Below, piece by piece: positions 17,044 through 25,697 of a DNA stretch of 57,716 bases. The notes under the pieces were generated by a model. That model made no database searches. It was not told the DNA's origin and saw only the letters and a program-made list of their open reading frames with translations. The DNA comes from a virus. The stretch lies in IMG/VR virus record IMGVR_UViG_3300050501_000396. The stretch is one strand, 5' to 3'. The translations under genes were made by a program, and so were the position numbers. The first letter of the stretch is position 1, and each line of letters starts with the position of its first letter.

Positions 17044-17658
17044 CTACGGCAGTGCGGTGATGGTCCCGTCGTCGTTTACGCGGATGACTTCCTTCGCGCT
17101 CGCCTGCAGCGAGGCGAACGGGGTGTCCGTCATGTCGTTCGTGAAGTTCAGACGCAGGTCGTTGATCTGGTAGGCCGCCGTGCGCACGAGCGCCGGGATC
17201 CAGCCGGTGACGGTGAGCACCTGGAACCATTCCTTGTCGAACGCGAACTCGTTGTTCCAGCCCTCGTCGTCGACCTCCCAAGCACAGACCGCGTCGTTGA
17301 CCTCGGGGATGGCCGTCGAGAGGATGCCCGGCGTGTCGCCGTCGCCCAGGAAGGCGCCGAGCAGCTGCTCGCCGAGGTCGATGCGCTGGCGCTGCGTCGG
17401 CGCGCCGAGTCGTAACTGGACGAGCGCCTCGAAGTGGCCAACGTCGAAGACCACCTCGCCAGCGCTCAGGCGGGCATGGCGGCGGCGCTGATGGGGCGCG
17501 AACTTGTCGCGCACCAGGTGGATGCCGCACTTCGGCCACTTCATCTTGTCGTCGCGGTCCGCCTCGGGGACGATCTTCCCCTGCAGCGCCGGGCACGCGA
17601 TCTCGAGCGCGGCCACGAGGCGGCGCAGCGCGAAGGTGCGAACGGGCACCATACTCAT
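17044..17658 (-). CDS. neck/tail-completion protein (by position)
   Basis: 204 aa track ORF directly before the sheath gene. Confidence 0.5.
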   Translation of the reverse strand: MSMVPVRTFALRRLVAALEIACPALQGKIVPEADRDDKMKWPKCGIHLVRDKFAPHQRRRHARLSAGEVVFDVGHFEALVQLRLGAPTQRQRIDLGEQLLGAFLGDGDTPGILSTAIPEVNDAVCAWEVDDEGWNNEFAFDKEWFQVLTVTGWIPALVRTAAYQINDLRLNFTNDMTDTPFASLQASAKEVIRVNDDGTITALP

Positions 17659-18167
17659 CGCCGGGGGTCCTTCTGGAAGTACTTGGTGAGCTCGCGGGCG
17701 ACCTCCTGCCGCGCGAACCTGCGGAGCGCCGGCAATTCATTGAGCGTGAAGTACGTCGCCTTCTGCCCCTGCGTGCGCAGCTTCCAGGCGATCGCGGCCG
17801 CAGCGGCCTGAGCCGCCTGCTGCCGGGTGCGCATCCTACCCTTGCCGTCGTCGCTGAACGCCGCGAGGACGCTCGGGTGCCGGAGCGCCCACGCCTCGAG
17901 CGCGAGCATGCCCGCATCGCTCACCGGGTGCGGCCGAGCCCCGGCCTCCAGGATGCCGACCGGGGGGGCGTCGTTGTAAAGCCGGTCGCCGCTCACGCGC
18001 CAGCTGTTGCGCATCTGGCCCATGTCGGTGGGCGTCTTCTTGGGCATGTGGGCCGCGCCGCGCCGCGCGCCCGCGCGCATACCGCGGCGCACGGCCTCAG
18101 GCGCCTCCTTGGCGTGGCGGCGCATGACCCGCGCGAGCTCGTCGGGCGTGAGCGTGAACGTCGACAC
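17655..18167 (-). CDS. head-tail joining protein (HK97 gp10-like by position)
   Basis: Track ORF trimmed to GTG 18167, 2 nt after the upstream stop. Confidence 0.45.
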   Translation of the reverse strand: MSTFTLTPDELARVMRRHAKEAPEAVRRGMRAGARRGAAHMPKKTPTDMGQMRNSWRVSGDRLYNDAPPVGILEAGARPHPVSDAGMLALEAWALRHPSVLAAFSDDGKGRMRTRQQAAQAAAAAIAWKLRTQGQKATYFTLNELPALRRFARQEVARELTKYFQKDPRR

Positions 18168-18169
18168 GT

Positions 18170-18655
18170 TTAGGTCGCCTCGGCGTCGCTCGCGCGCGCC
18201 AGCGAGACCGTCCAGCCGATGTCTTTGAGCCTGTCGGGGTACGTCGACTTGACCACGAAGTCGCGCACCGGCTCGCCCTGGCCGTACGCGTCGCGCACGC
18301 GGATCAGCCACTCCTGGTTGCGCGCCAGCGCGGGACCCGCGATCTCCGCCGCCGTGTACGTGAGCGAGAGTTCGCGCAGGCGCACGATGCCGGCCTCGTC
18401 CAGGCCGCCAGCGAGCAGCTTCCCGCCCATCGTCTCCACGTACGACTCGACCAGCGGCTGCGGCAGGAACTCCGTCTCGACCTCGGCGAATCCGCCCTCC
18501 GCCCCGCGCTCCTCACCCATCCACGTGCGCAGCACCGCGAAGACGCGGTACTGCCGCACGCCGAGCGCGGGGTGGAGGTCGCCGCGCACGTCGTCGATGA
18601 CCTCGAGCAGGTCGTCCACGAGGTTCGTCGGGTCGAGGACGGCGGACCCGGGCAT
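18170..18655 (-). CDS. head-tail connector protein (hypothetical)
   Basis: 161 aa track ORF in the connector block. Confidence 0.5.
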   Translation of the reverse strand: MPGSAVLDPTNLVDDLLEVIDDVRGDLHPALGVRQYRVFAVLRTWMGEERGAEGGFAEVETEFLPQPLVESYVETMGGKLLAGGLDEAGIVRLRELSLTYTAAEIAGPALARNQEWLIRVRDAYGQGEPVRDFVVKSTYPDRLKDIGWTVSLARASDAEAT

Positions 18656-18658
18656 GAC

Positions 18659-18961
18659 CTACCCTCCGGTGCTGGACAGGCCCACGCCGGTCGCCACGGG
18701 CGTCCCCGACGTGAAGGCAGTGGTATTCGCGCGGAGGCGCTTGCAGGGCTTGGTGATCTCGACCACGCCGGTGGTGGTGAGCGCCGTGCCCTCGTTGAAC
18801 CAGCGCGCGCCCGTGGCATCGGGCGAGATCTGGATCTGCACCGTCGCCACGAACGTCCCGTCGACGTAGATCGCCATGCGCCCGAACGATGAGACGTCCA
18901 CCTCCGCGCCGGCGGCGACGGATGCGGGCACGGGCACGACGAATCGCTGGGTCAGCGCCAC
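18659..18961 (-). CDS. small beta-rich structural protein, paralog B
   Basis: Shares ASVAAGA.vDvS, GTFVATvQiQiS and TsAFTSGTP with the adjacent gene. Confidence 0.6.
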   Translation of the reverse strand: MALTQRFVVPVPASVAAGAEVDVSSFGRMAIYVDGTFVATVQIQISPDATGARWFNEGTALTTTGVVEITKPCKRLRANTTAFTSGTPVATGVGLSSTGG

Positions 18962-18964
18962 GGC

Positions 18965-19273
18965 TTAGACCTCGGGGAGCGTCTGGATGCCGTAGTGCGA
19001 GCCGGCCGGGGTGCCCGAGGTGAAGGCGCTGGTGTTGATGCGCAAGAACTTCGCGCGCCCGCTCACCTTCTGCACGATGGGCGCGCTGATGTTCGCGCCG
19101 TCCTGCGCCCACGTGGTGCCGTCGTTGGACAACTGCACCTGCAGCGTGGCGACGAAGGTGCCGGTGATGGTCACCCAGCCGTCGAACTCGTAGATCTGCG
19201 AAATGTCGATCGCGGCGCCAGCGGCGACGCTCGCCATCACCTGCAGGGTCTTGGTTACCGGACGTCGAGCCAT
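18965..19273 (-). CDS. small beta-rich structural protein, paralog A
   Basis: Trimmed to ATG 19273 (SD GAGGAGAAGG); paralogous to 18659..18961. Confidence 0.6.
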   Translation of the reverse strand: MARRPVTKTLQVMASVAAGAAIDISQIYEFDGWVTITGTFVATLQVQLSNDGTTWAQDGANISAPIVQKVSGRAKFLRINTSAFTSGTPAGSHYGIQTLPEV

Positions 19274-19308
19274 GGTCCTTCTCCTCGGTTCTTCAGAAAC
19301 CCGGCTGC

Positions 19309-19351
19309 CACGCGCGGCGCCCCGGGGCACAGGTCCGTGGCGCCGCGCGTG
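19309..19351 (-). terminator. 13-bp GC hairpin (possible attenuator or mRNA stabiliser)
   Basis: CACGCGCGGCGCC-17 nt-GGCGCCGCGCGTG, followed in minus sense by GCAGCCGGGUUUCU; lies in a 96-nt gap. Confidence 0.4.
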
Positions 19352-19369
19352 CGCCGGAAGCTAGTCTCG

Positions 19370-19750
19370 TCAGCCCATCGGCAACATGTTGTCGACGCTG
19401 CCCGTGGGGTCTTGCGGGCCCCAGCCCGCGAATGCGTCATGGCGGATGCCGATGCCGAGCATCGCGGCGATGCGCCCTGCCGCCTGCCGCCCCGCGCTGC
19501 GGAGCAGGCCGTACTCCGTCTCGCCCTGCAGCACGATGCTGCCGACCTCCGCCGCCTTCCACCGCCGGCGGGCCGCAGTCATCTCCACCTCGAGCGCCGC
19601 GATGCCGGTGAGCTCGGTGCGGATGGCGGTCTCGGTCTCGGCCGCCACAGCGCTCATCGCCTGCTCGAGGCGCGAGTCGGTCTGGAAGTAGCGACCGGAC
19701 CAGCCGGTGTACGTCCGGATCGACTGGCGCTCGGTGAGCGAGAACGCCAT
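19370..19750 (-). CDS. head completion/adaptor protein (hypothetical)
   Basis: 126 aa track ORF downstream of the capsid gene. Confidence 0.5.
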   Translation of the reverse strand: MAFSLTERQSIRTYTGWSGRYFQTDSRLEQAMSAVAAETETAIRTELTGIAALEVEMTAARRRWKAAEVGSIVLQGETEYGLLRSAGRQAAGRIAAMLGIGIRHDAFAGWGPQDPTGSVDNMLPMG

Positions 19751-19753
19751 GGG

Positions 19754-20089
19754 CTAGCCCTCGGGCTTCGGCTTCGGCGCCGCCTTGGCCGCGATGCGGC
19801 GGGCCTCGACCTCGGCGACGCCGGGCGACATGCCCTGCGCTTCGAGGTCCTTCGCCGTTGGGATGGCGCGCGGGCCCGGCACTTGGGCCGGCTCGAGCTT
19901 GCGGTCCTCGGCGGGCACGAGTTGCGGCGCCAGTTGGGTGATCACCGGCGGCTTCCACTTGCCCTCGACCTGCCCCGGTCGCCGCCGGCAGTAGGCGTCG
20001 GGGATCTCGACCGTGGCCCCGGGCGGCACGGGCTCCCTGAGGATGCCCGGCACAGTGATGTGGTCACCCGTCGGATTCGTGTACTTCAT
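19754..20089 (-). CDS. hypothetical head-associated protein (111 aa)
   Basis: Track ORF with SD GGAAGGAG; Pro/Lys-rich C-terminus. Confidence 0.55.
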   Translation of the reverse strand: MKYTNPTGDHITVPGILREPVPPGATVEIPDAYCRRRPGQVEGKWKPPVITQLAPQLVPAEDRKLEPAQVPGPRAIPTAKDLEAQGMSPGVAEVEARRIAAKAAPKPKPEG

Positions 20090-20152
20090 CGCTGCTGCGC
20101 TCCTTCCTGTGCCCTACCCGCTCGCGCGGGCTTCAAGGGGTGTCAGCTACGG

Positions 20153-21196
20153 CTAGACCTCGATGTCGGCGAGGAAGCCGGTCGCATTTGGGCGGTGCAC
20201 CCGCACCTGCGGGTAGACGTAGTTGGCGAACTCGTAGAGGTCGCCCGAGACCTTCAGCGGCTGGACGCGCGCCGTGAGCTTGGTGTTGGTCTCACCGAAC
20301 TGCTCCTCGTCGGTGCCCTTCAGCGACACGTCGCCGCTCGAGCGGTTCACCGCGTCCGAGAGCGACGGCAACTGGAACACGTCGACGTGGCGGCTGTTGC
20401 CGAAGATCATCGAGTTGTCGGGGGCGCTCACGTCCTCGATCACGGGGATGCCGTCGAACTCCAGCACCTGGTAGCCGCCGTCCAGCACGACCTTGCGGCC
20501 GCGGATGGTGACGTCCTCCAGGTACCGGCGCTTGTCGCCGAGCAGGAGGCCGTAGACCTCGTGGACCTCAGGCGTGCAGAGGATGAAGTCCGGCTTCTTG
20601 CCCGACGCGTTGTAGATGTTCGTGCGCATCCGGCGCATGAGCCCGATGCTGAGTGGGCGCAGGATGCCGCCGTTCGCCAGCTCGTTGCCAGCCCACTGGG
20701 TCTGCACCGCGCGGTCGATCCCGGCGTAGGTACCAGCGGCGCGCAGACCGCCCGCAGTGGCCGCGAGGCCCAGGAGGCGGTTGCCGGTGCCCGGGCCGCT
20801 GTAGATGTCGGCCGCGACCGCCATCGCCAGGCGCGGCAGGCTCTCCTCCATCTCCTCGCGGAAAAGGTTGGCCAGCTGCTCGGGGTTGCCAGCCACGGCG
20901 GCCTTCGCCATCGCGAGGCCGGTCACGCCGAACGCGTCGTGATAGGTCGTGTAGTCGAGCGAAGCGGGGACCTTCGCGTCGGAGTTGAAGGTCGTGACGG
21001 CCGCACCCTCAGCGATCGCCGCCGTGGTCGGCGCCGCGGTGCCGAACGTCGCGACCCACTGGATGATCGGCGTGGTCGCGCGCTTGACCGGCAGGACCTG
21101 GAACACCGGGGTCGAGCGATTGATCTGCGACGCGAGCATCGGCTCGAACTTCTTGTTGAGCGACGCTGCGATTGCGGCGGTATTGACGGTCGCCAT
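20153..21196 (-). CDS. major capsid protein
   Basis: Trimmed to ATG 21196 (SD GGTGAGGAAG); 347 aa after the scaffold gene; typical capsid size and position. Confidence 0.7.
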   Translation of the reverse strand: MATVNTAAIAASLNKKFEPMLASQINRSTPVFQVLPVKRATTPIIQWVATFGTAAPTTAAIAEGAAVTTFNSDAKVPASLDYTTYHDAFGVTGLAMAKAAVAGNPEQLANLFREEMEESLPRLAMAVAADIYSGPGTGNRLLGLAATAGGLRAAGTYAGIDRAVQTQWAGNELANGGILRPLSIGLMRRMRTNIYNASGKKPDFILCTPEVHEVYGLLLGDKRRYLEDVTIRGRKVVLDGGYQVLEFDGIPVIEDVSAPDNSMIFGNSRHVDVFQLPSLSDAVNRSSGDVSLKGTDEEQFGETNTKLTARVQPLKVSGDLYEFANYVYPQVRVHRPNATGFLADIEV

Positions 21197-21443
21197 GACT
21201 TCCTCACCGGATGCGAAAAGGGCCACCTGCTTCGCCGCTGTTTCGCTGCGACACGCGTGCAGTCGCCGTACTGGCCAACCGTGGTGCCGGTGTGTCGCCC
21301 CGACGCGCGTGCAGTCCGGTGAGGGACCGTGTGCCGCCTGTATCGTCGGCGGCGTACGTGCGGCCCGCTTCGCGCTGGGCCGTGTGCTGCTGCTTCTCCT
21401 GCACCTTGCGTAGGCCGGAATCCCTACTCAAGGGAAATCGACA
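21197..21443 (-). other. 247-nt non-coding structured leader upstream of the capsid gene
   Basis: Largest gap in the late operon and lacks the late motif; GACTGCACGCG direct repeat (x2), GCGACAC/GTGTCGC and GCCGCC/GGCGGC inverted repeats. Confidence 0.5.
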
Positions 21444-22172
21444 TCACTCGCCGAGGATGGCCTTGGTCATGTCAGCTGCCCACTCGGAGTTGGTGTACTT
21501 GCCCTTCTCCCCGCCGGTCTGGCCGTTCTGCCCGCCGCGCCCGCCCGAGCCGGCGGCGCCCGTCGGCGGCAGGAACACCTTGCCCTCGTCGGTCTTCGCC
21601 CACTCGGCGATACCCTTGGCGAGCGGCACTTCCTCTTCGCCGGCGTCGCCGCGCTTCACGAAGAGCAGTGTACCTGCCTCGTCACGCTTGATGCGCCCCT
21701 CGCCGCGGTGCGTGTGGAGCGCGGCGCGGATGCGTGCCTCGTCCTTCACGCCGGCCACCATGAGCGCCGACTTCACCGCGTCGTCTTCCTCAGCGCGTGC
21801 GCGCCGGGCCTCGGCCTCCGCCTGCTTGGCCTCGGAGGCCTCGCGTTTCTTCTTCTCGGTCTCGAGTTGCTTCTGCAGGGACGTGAGCTGCGCCGCGAGC
21901 GGGTTGTCCTTGTCGGCGCCCTTGCCGCCCTTCGGCGGCGTGCCATCGCCGTCCCCGCCAGCGCCGTCCGGGTCGTCGTCCTTCGTCGCCTTCATGCCCG
22001 CGAGCACCTGGGCGCCGATGGTCTCGGCCAGCTTAGGCGTCATCCGCGTGAGGTGGCCGCTGATCGCCTTGTTCAGCCGCTGATCGATGGCCTTGCCGAT
22101 GCGCTCCTCGAGCGCGGCCTCAGTTGCAGCCGCCTCTTCCTCTCGCTTCGCGTCGTCCTCTGCCTTGCCCAT
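21444..22172 (-). CDS. scaffolding protein
   Basis: Trimmed to ATG 22172 (MGKAEDDAKREEE); highly charged, Ala/Glu/Lys-rich helical; sits between the MuF and capsid genes. Confidence 0.65.
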   Translation of the reverse strand: MGKAEDDAKREEEAAATEAALEERIGKAIDQRLNKAISGHLTRMTPKLAETIGAQVLAGMKATKDDDPDGAGGDGDGTPPKGGKGADKDNPLAAQLTSLQKQLETEKKKREASEAKQAEAEARRARAEEDDAVKSALMVAGVKDEARIRAALHTHRGEGRIKRDEAGTLLFVKRGDAGEEEVPLAKGIAEWAKTDEGKVFLPPTGAAGSGGRGGQNGQTGGEKGKYTNSEWAADMTKAILGE

Positions 22173-22204
22173 GTCGTCTCCTGTGCCCTTGCCGGAGACA
22201 ACCC

Positions 22205-22222
22205 TGCGCCGCGACCCTGCCG
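22205..22222 (-). promoter_or_regulatory. late intergenic motif copy M7
   Basis: TAG-CGGCAGGGTCGCGGCGCA; 49 nt to ATG 22172 with AGGAGA. Confidence 0.6.
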
Positions 22223-22447
22223 CTATTCGCGGTTGATCGCCTTCTCCCACAGCACGGCGAGGCGCGGGCTGCTGTCGAGGATGGCCTTGGTCGCCCGGCC
22301 GAAGGACTTCACGTCGTCGAAGCCCATGGCGAGGCTCTCGAGGCAGGACGCGGTCATCCAGCCCTGCTCGAGCCCCTCACGCCAGACGCGCAGCGCGCCC
22401 TCCAGGTCGTTCCGCTCGAGCGCGAGGATGGCGAAGCTTCCGCTCAT
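22223..22447 (-). CDS. small protein after the MuF gene (candidate immunity/partner)
   Basis: 74 aa; ATGA overlap with the MuF stop. Confidence 0.55.
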   Translation of the reverse strand: MSGSFAILALERNDLEGALRVWREGLEQGWMTASCLESLAMGFDDVKSFGRATKAILDSSPRLAVLWEKAINRE

Positions 22448-24135
22448 GGGACGAGCCCCTGGATGGCGTCTACGAGCTCACGCTGCTTCGCCGCTGCGCC
22501 GGGGAAGATGCTGCGCGCCCAGAGCTCGGCGTACTCGTGCGGGTCACGGATGGCCTTCGGCGGCGGCGACCTGCGGAGCCGGAGCGACCCCTGCTCGAGA
22601 GCCTTGTAGGCCGCTTCGGATGTCATGTTGCCGACGCGCATTATGCGCAGACGCACCGCGTCAATCCAGTCCTGATAGGACTCGGCGGGCACTTTCATCG
22701 CGAACTGGGTCCGCATGATGGAGCGCGCTGAGACTTCCGTGCTCACCTCCTCGACGATTTTGCCGATGCCCCGGTAGACTTGGCCAGTCATTGGCGAGTA
22801 CCAGTGCACCGTCTCATGGACGAGGGTGCGCAGGTCGTGGCCGATGCCGCGCGCGGCGCCTGCCATGACCTCGGCGGAGATGCTCATCTCGCCGTTTAGG
22901 ATGTCCATCGCCCCGCGGGCGCCCATCTGCCGCGCGGGCAGGATGTCTACGCTTCGGTTGCGCGAGCGGCCGCCGGCGGCATCGGGGAGCACCCGGATGC
23001 CCTCCGCCTCCACCACGTCGTTGAGCGCCTCGCGCAACTCGGACTGGACCGCCAGCGGCAGCGCCGACCCGGTGTACTTGCTCGCCACCTCGATGACCTT
23101 CGCGGCCTTGGGCGAGGCGCCGCTCGGGGCCTGCGGGGGCGCTGGCGGCTTCGGCGGTGCCAGCGGAAGCGGCGGCGCAGCCTTTGGCGGCGTGAGCGTG
23201 ACCGGCTTGAACGAGGTCACCGAGGTGCCCCACTCCTTGTGCCAGGGCGTAAGCGCACAGCGGCAGCGAGGATGAAGCGGAGGGTGCCGGTAGCCGCCAG
23301 GGAACACGCCGTCGACCTCGGCCGTCTTGCCGTCCAGCGCGCGGCAGAGCGGGCACAGCCGGCCGTCGATCGCCGCGTCCCATCGCTTGAGATACCCCCC
23401 GTCCTCGGCGTGCGCCTCCCTGAGCCCGTCCTCGGCGACGATGTTGTAGGCGTTGATGGTCTCGGTGCGAACAACCGTCTCGGCCCGCGAGCGGTACCGG
23501 CGGAACAGCCCCTCCGCGATGTGCTCGGAGACCGCACCGGGGTCGCCCTCGATCCCGCGGACGGTGACCATGCCCTTCGGCCCGCCGTGCCGCATGAGCC
23601 GGCGGGTGAGCTGGTCGAATGTCTCGCCGCGCGCCACGCCGACCGCCAGCTCGCGCTGGATGTCCTTCGTGACGTACTCGCCGTACCGGAGCGCGACCCC
23701 GCGGTGCTGCGCGATGAGCGCCTTCCTGCCCTCGGCGAGCACCGCAGCGGACTTGAGCGCGATCGGCCGCAGCGAGCCCTCGAAGAGCAAGCTGAACTGC
23801 TCGGCCTGCCGCGCCAGGTGGCCGAGCGCCATCCGCCCGGCCTCGCCGCCGGCGGCGCCGAGGATGTTGAACAGCATAGGGCTGAGCCCCCGCGCGGTGC
23901 GCAGCGCCTGGCGGATCTGCACGAGCGCAACGCGATACGCTTGGGCGGTGAAGCGCGCCTCGCCATTCGTGACCGTGCGAAGCCAACGCGAAAGATCCTG
24001 CGCGAGCTCCTGCTCAGCCTGGAAGAGCACGGGCCCGAGCGCGCGCAGCGCCGGCCCGGGCAGGCTCGCCACCTCGGCGGCGGTCTGCTCGAGCAGCGAC
24101 TGGGCGCTGGCGCCGGCGGCGCGGCGGCGCGCCAT
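22444..24135 (-). CDS. head morphogenesis protein, Mu F / SPP1 gp7 family, with extra HExxH C-terminal domain
   Basis: CPLCRALDGK...HPRCRCAL MuF core, Pro-rich linker, then a ~200-aa domain with LVHETVHWY. Confidence 0.7.
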   Translation of the reverse strand: MARRRAAGASAQSLLEQTAAEVASLPGPALRALGPVLFQAEQELAQDLSRWLRTVTNGEARFTAQAYRVALVQIRQALRTARGLSPMLFNILGAAGGEAGRMALGHLARQAEQFSLLFEGSLRPIALKSAAVLAEGRKALIAQHRGVALRYGEYVTKDIQRELAVGVARGETFDQLTRRLMRHGGPKGMVTVRGIEGDPGAVSEHIAEGLFRRYRSRAETVVRTETINAYNIVAEDGLREAHAEDGGYLKRWDAAIDGRLCPLCRALDGKTAEVDGVFPGGYRHPPLHPRCRCALTPWHKEWGTSVTSFKPVTLTPPKAAPPLPLAPPKPPAPPQAPSGASPKAAKVIEVASKYTGSALPLAVQSELREALNDVVEAEGIRVLPDAAGGRSRNRSVDILPARQMGARGAMDILNGEMSISAEVMAGAARGIGHDLRTLVHETVHWYSPMTGQVYRGIGKIVEEVSTEVSARSIMRTQFAMKVPAESYQDWIDAVRLRIMRVGNMTSEAAYKALEQGSLRLRRSPPPKAIRDPHEYAELWARSIFPGAAAKQRELVDAIQGLVP

Positions 24136-24138
24136 CCG

Positions 24139-25668
24139 CTACTCGCCCTTCGGCTCGCGGTCGCCGCCAGGATCGGCGTTCGGGTCCGGCGGCGCCAGCG
24201 ACTCCGCCGTGATGAGCTGGCCGAGCTCCCTCTCAATCTTCGCCAAGAGCTCAGGCGTGGCGCGCTCGCCCAAGTGGCGGCGCACGAGCTCGAGCTTCCG
24301 CGCGACCTGGAACGTCGGCGAGGGGATCGGGATGGTCTCGAGCATGAGCTCCTGCTCGATCAGGCTGGCGAGGTCCTCGTCCTTGTAGGCGTCCATGCCG
24401 GACGCCGTCCACACCATGCCGGCGTCGCCGCGGCCGCGCGCGGCTAGCTGCATGATGCCTATGGCGAGCTTGCGCGTGATCTCGCCGAGCGCGATGAGGA
24501 CCACCGCCTCGCCCGCTTTGTCGACCTTCTTGCTCTCCCCCGAGCGCTTGAGCGCCGCGCCGCTGTTGTCGACCGCGAGCGCCATGTGGTGCACGACGCG
24601 AAACATCTCGTCGCGCAGGTCGCGCAGCGAATCCAGCGCGTGCGTGAACGGCGCGGTGTCGGGTGAGATCACCTCGACCTTGTCGTTCTGCGCACCGCGC
24701 CAAGCGCGCCCGGGCCCGATGGTCTGGTTGGTCGCGCGGTTCAGGTCATCGGTCTTCGGGTCGGTGGACTTGGGCGGCTCGAGGAAGAACGCGAGGAACT
24801 GAAACAGGCCCTTGTACTCGCCCCACGCCAGGGCGTTGCGCTTGTTGAAGTGCTCGGTGGCAATGCCCTCCAACTTCCCCATGGCGTGGAGGCCCTCAGG
24901 CAGCTCGAGCCGGGCGAGCGGCACCTTGCCGAAGCTGTGCGTTCCCTCCGTGGTCTCGAGGCCCTCGATGTCCGCGAGCAGCTTCTCGGGCGCCGGCTTC
25001 TTGTCCCGGTGGTACTGGAACTTCCACCGCGTCCAGCCCTCGGGCGTGTAGAGCGTGTGCTCCTCCCGCACCATGACACCCGGGTCATCGAACGTGAGCC
25101 GCGACGAGTCGACGTAGGTGAGCTTGGCCCACAAGAGCTCGCCGCGCGCGTCCACCTTCCAGTCGGTGACGCACTCGGGCTCGATGGCGCAGGCGTAGGC
25201 GCGCCGCTGGCCGATCTTCTCCTCGTCGGAGATCGAGAGCGGCTTCTCCTCCGGCGCCGTGGGCAGTTCGACCATGGTCCACGCGCGCCGGCAGATGAGC
25301 GCGGTGCGGATCTGGTGGTTGAGCAGCTTGCGGAGCTCGAGCTCGTCCGCGCCGGGCTCGGCCACGTTCTTCACGAACTCGGCGTAGAAGGGGTCCGCCC
25401 CGGGCGCCTCGACCTTCAGCTGCTCGCCAAAGAGCGCGGCGACGATGAAATCAATCACCTGTCCCGCGTACGGGATGATGAACGCGCGGCGGCAGCGCTC
25501 CTGGTATACGATGGCCGTTTCCGCGTTGTGGGGCGGGAACAGCATGTCCATGACGGCCTTGTTCTTGAGCAGCTTCTTGCCGCCGGCGTACAGCGCCCGG
25601 CAGCGCGCCCACTCGTCGGCGTCGTACTCGGGGTGCTTGGCGTGGAGCTGGCCATAGGTGAGTGGCAC
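24139..25668 (-). CDS. portal protein
   Basis: 509 aa, GTG start, between the terminase region and the MuF gene. Confidence 0.7.
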   Translation of the reverse strand: MPLTYGQLHAKHPEYDADEWARCRALYAGGKKLLKNKAVMDMLFPPHNAETAIVYQERCRRAFIIPYAGQVIDFIVAALFGEQLKVEAPGADPFYAEFVKNVAEPGADELELRKLLNHQIRTALICRRAWTMVELPTAPEEKPLSISDEEKIGQRRAYACAIEPECVTDWKVDARGELLWAKLTYVDSSRLTFDDPGVMVREEHTLYTPEGWTRWKFQYHRDKKPAPEKLLADIEGLETTEGTHSFGKVPLARLELPEGLHAMGKLEGIATEHFNKRNALAWGEYKGLFQFLAFFLEPPKSTDPKTDDLNRATNQTIGPGRAWRGAQNDKVEVISPDTAPFTHALDSLRDLRDEMFRVVHHMALAVDNSGAALKRSGESKKVDKAGEAVVLIALGEITRKLAIGIMQLAARGRGDAGMVWTASGMDAYKDEDLASLIEQELMLETIPIPSPTFQVARKLELVRRHLGERATPELLAKIERELGQLITAESLAPPDPNADPGGDREPKGE

Positions 25669-25679
25669 GAGAGCGACGA

Positions 25680-25697
25680 TGCGTCGCGACCCTGCCG
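25680..25697 (-). promoter_or_regulatory. late intergenic motif copy M8
   Basis: TAG-CGGCAGGGTCGCGACGCA; 28 nt to GTG 25668; no SD. Confidence 0.6.

Noticed and set aside
19470-19500. Partial late-motif matches inside coding sequence (GGCGGCAGGGCGCATCGCC at ~19480; GGGCAGGGCG at ~37020; plus-strand GGGCAGGGTGTCGCG at ~37917).
   Set aside because: They lack the exact GGCAGGGTC core or the downstream SCG-RY-GCA. They are not followed by a start codon at the characteristic distance. They are explained by Ala/Gly/Arg codons.
21204-21431. A 75-aa ORF filling the scaffold-capsid gap.
   Set aside because: It is Arg/Thr/Gly-rich with poor third-position GC, has no SD and overlaps the capsid start. 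The region is treated as a non-coding leader.
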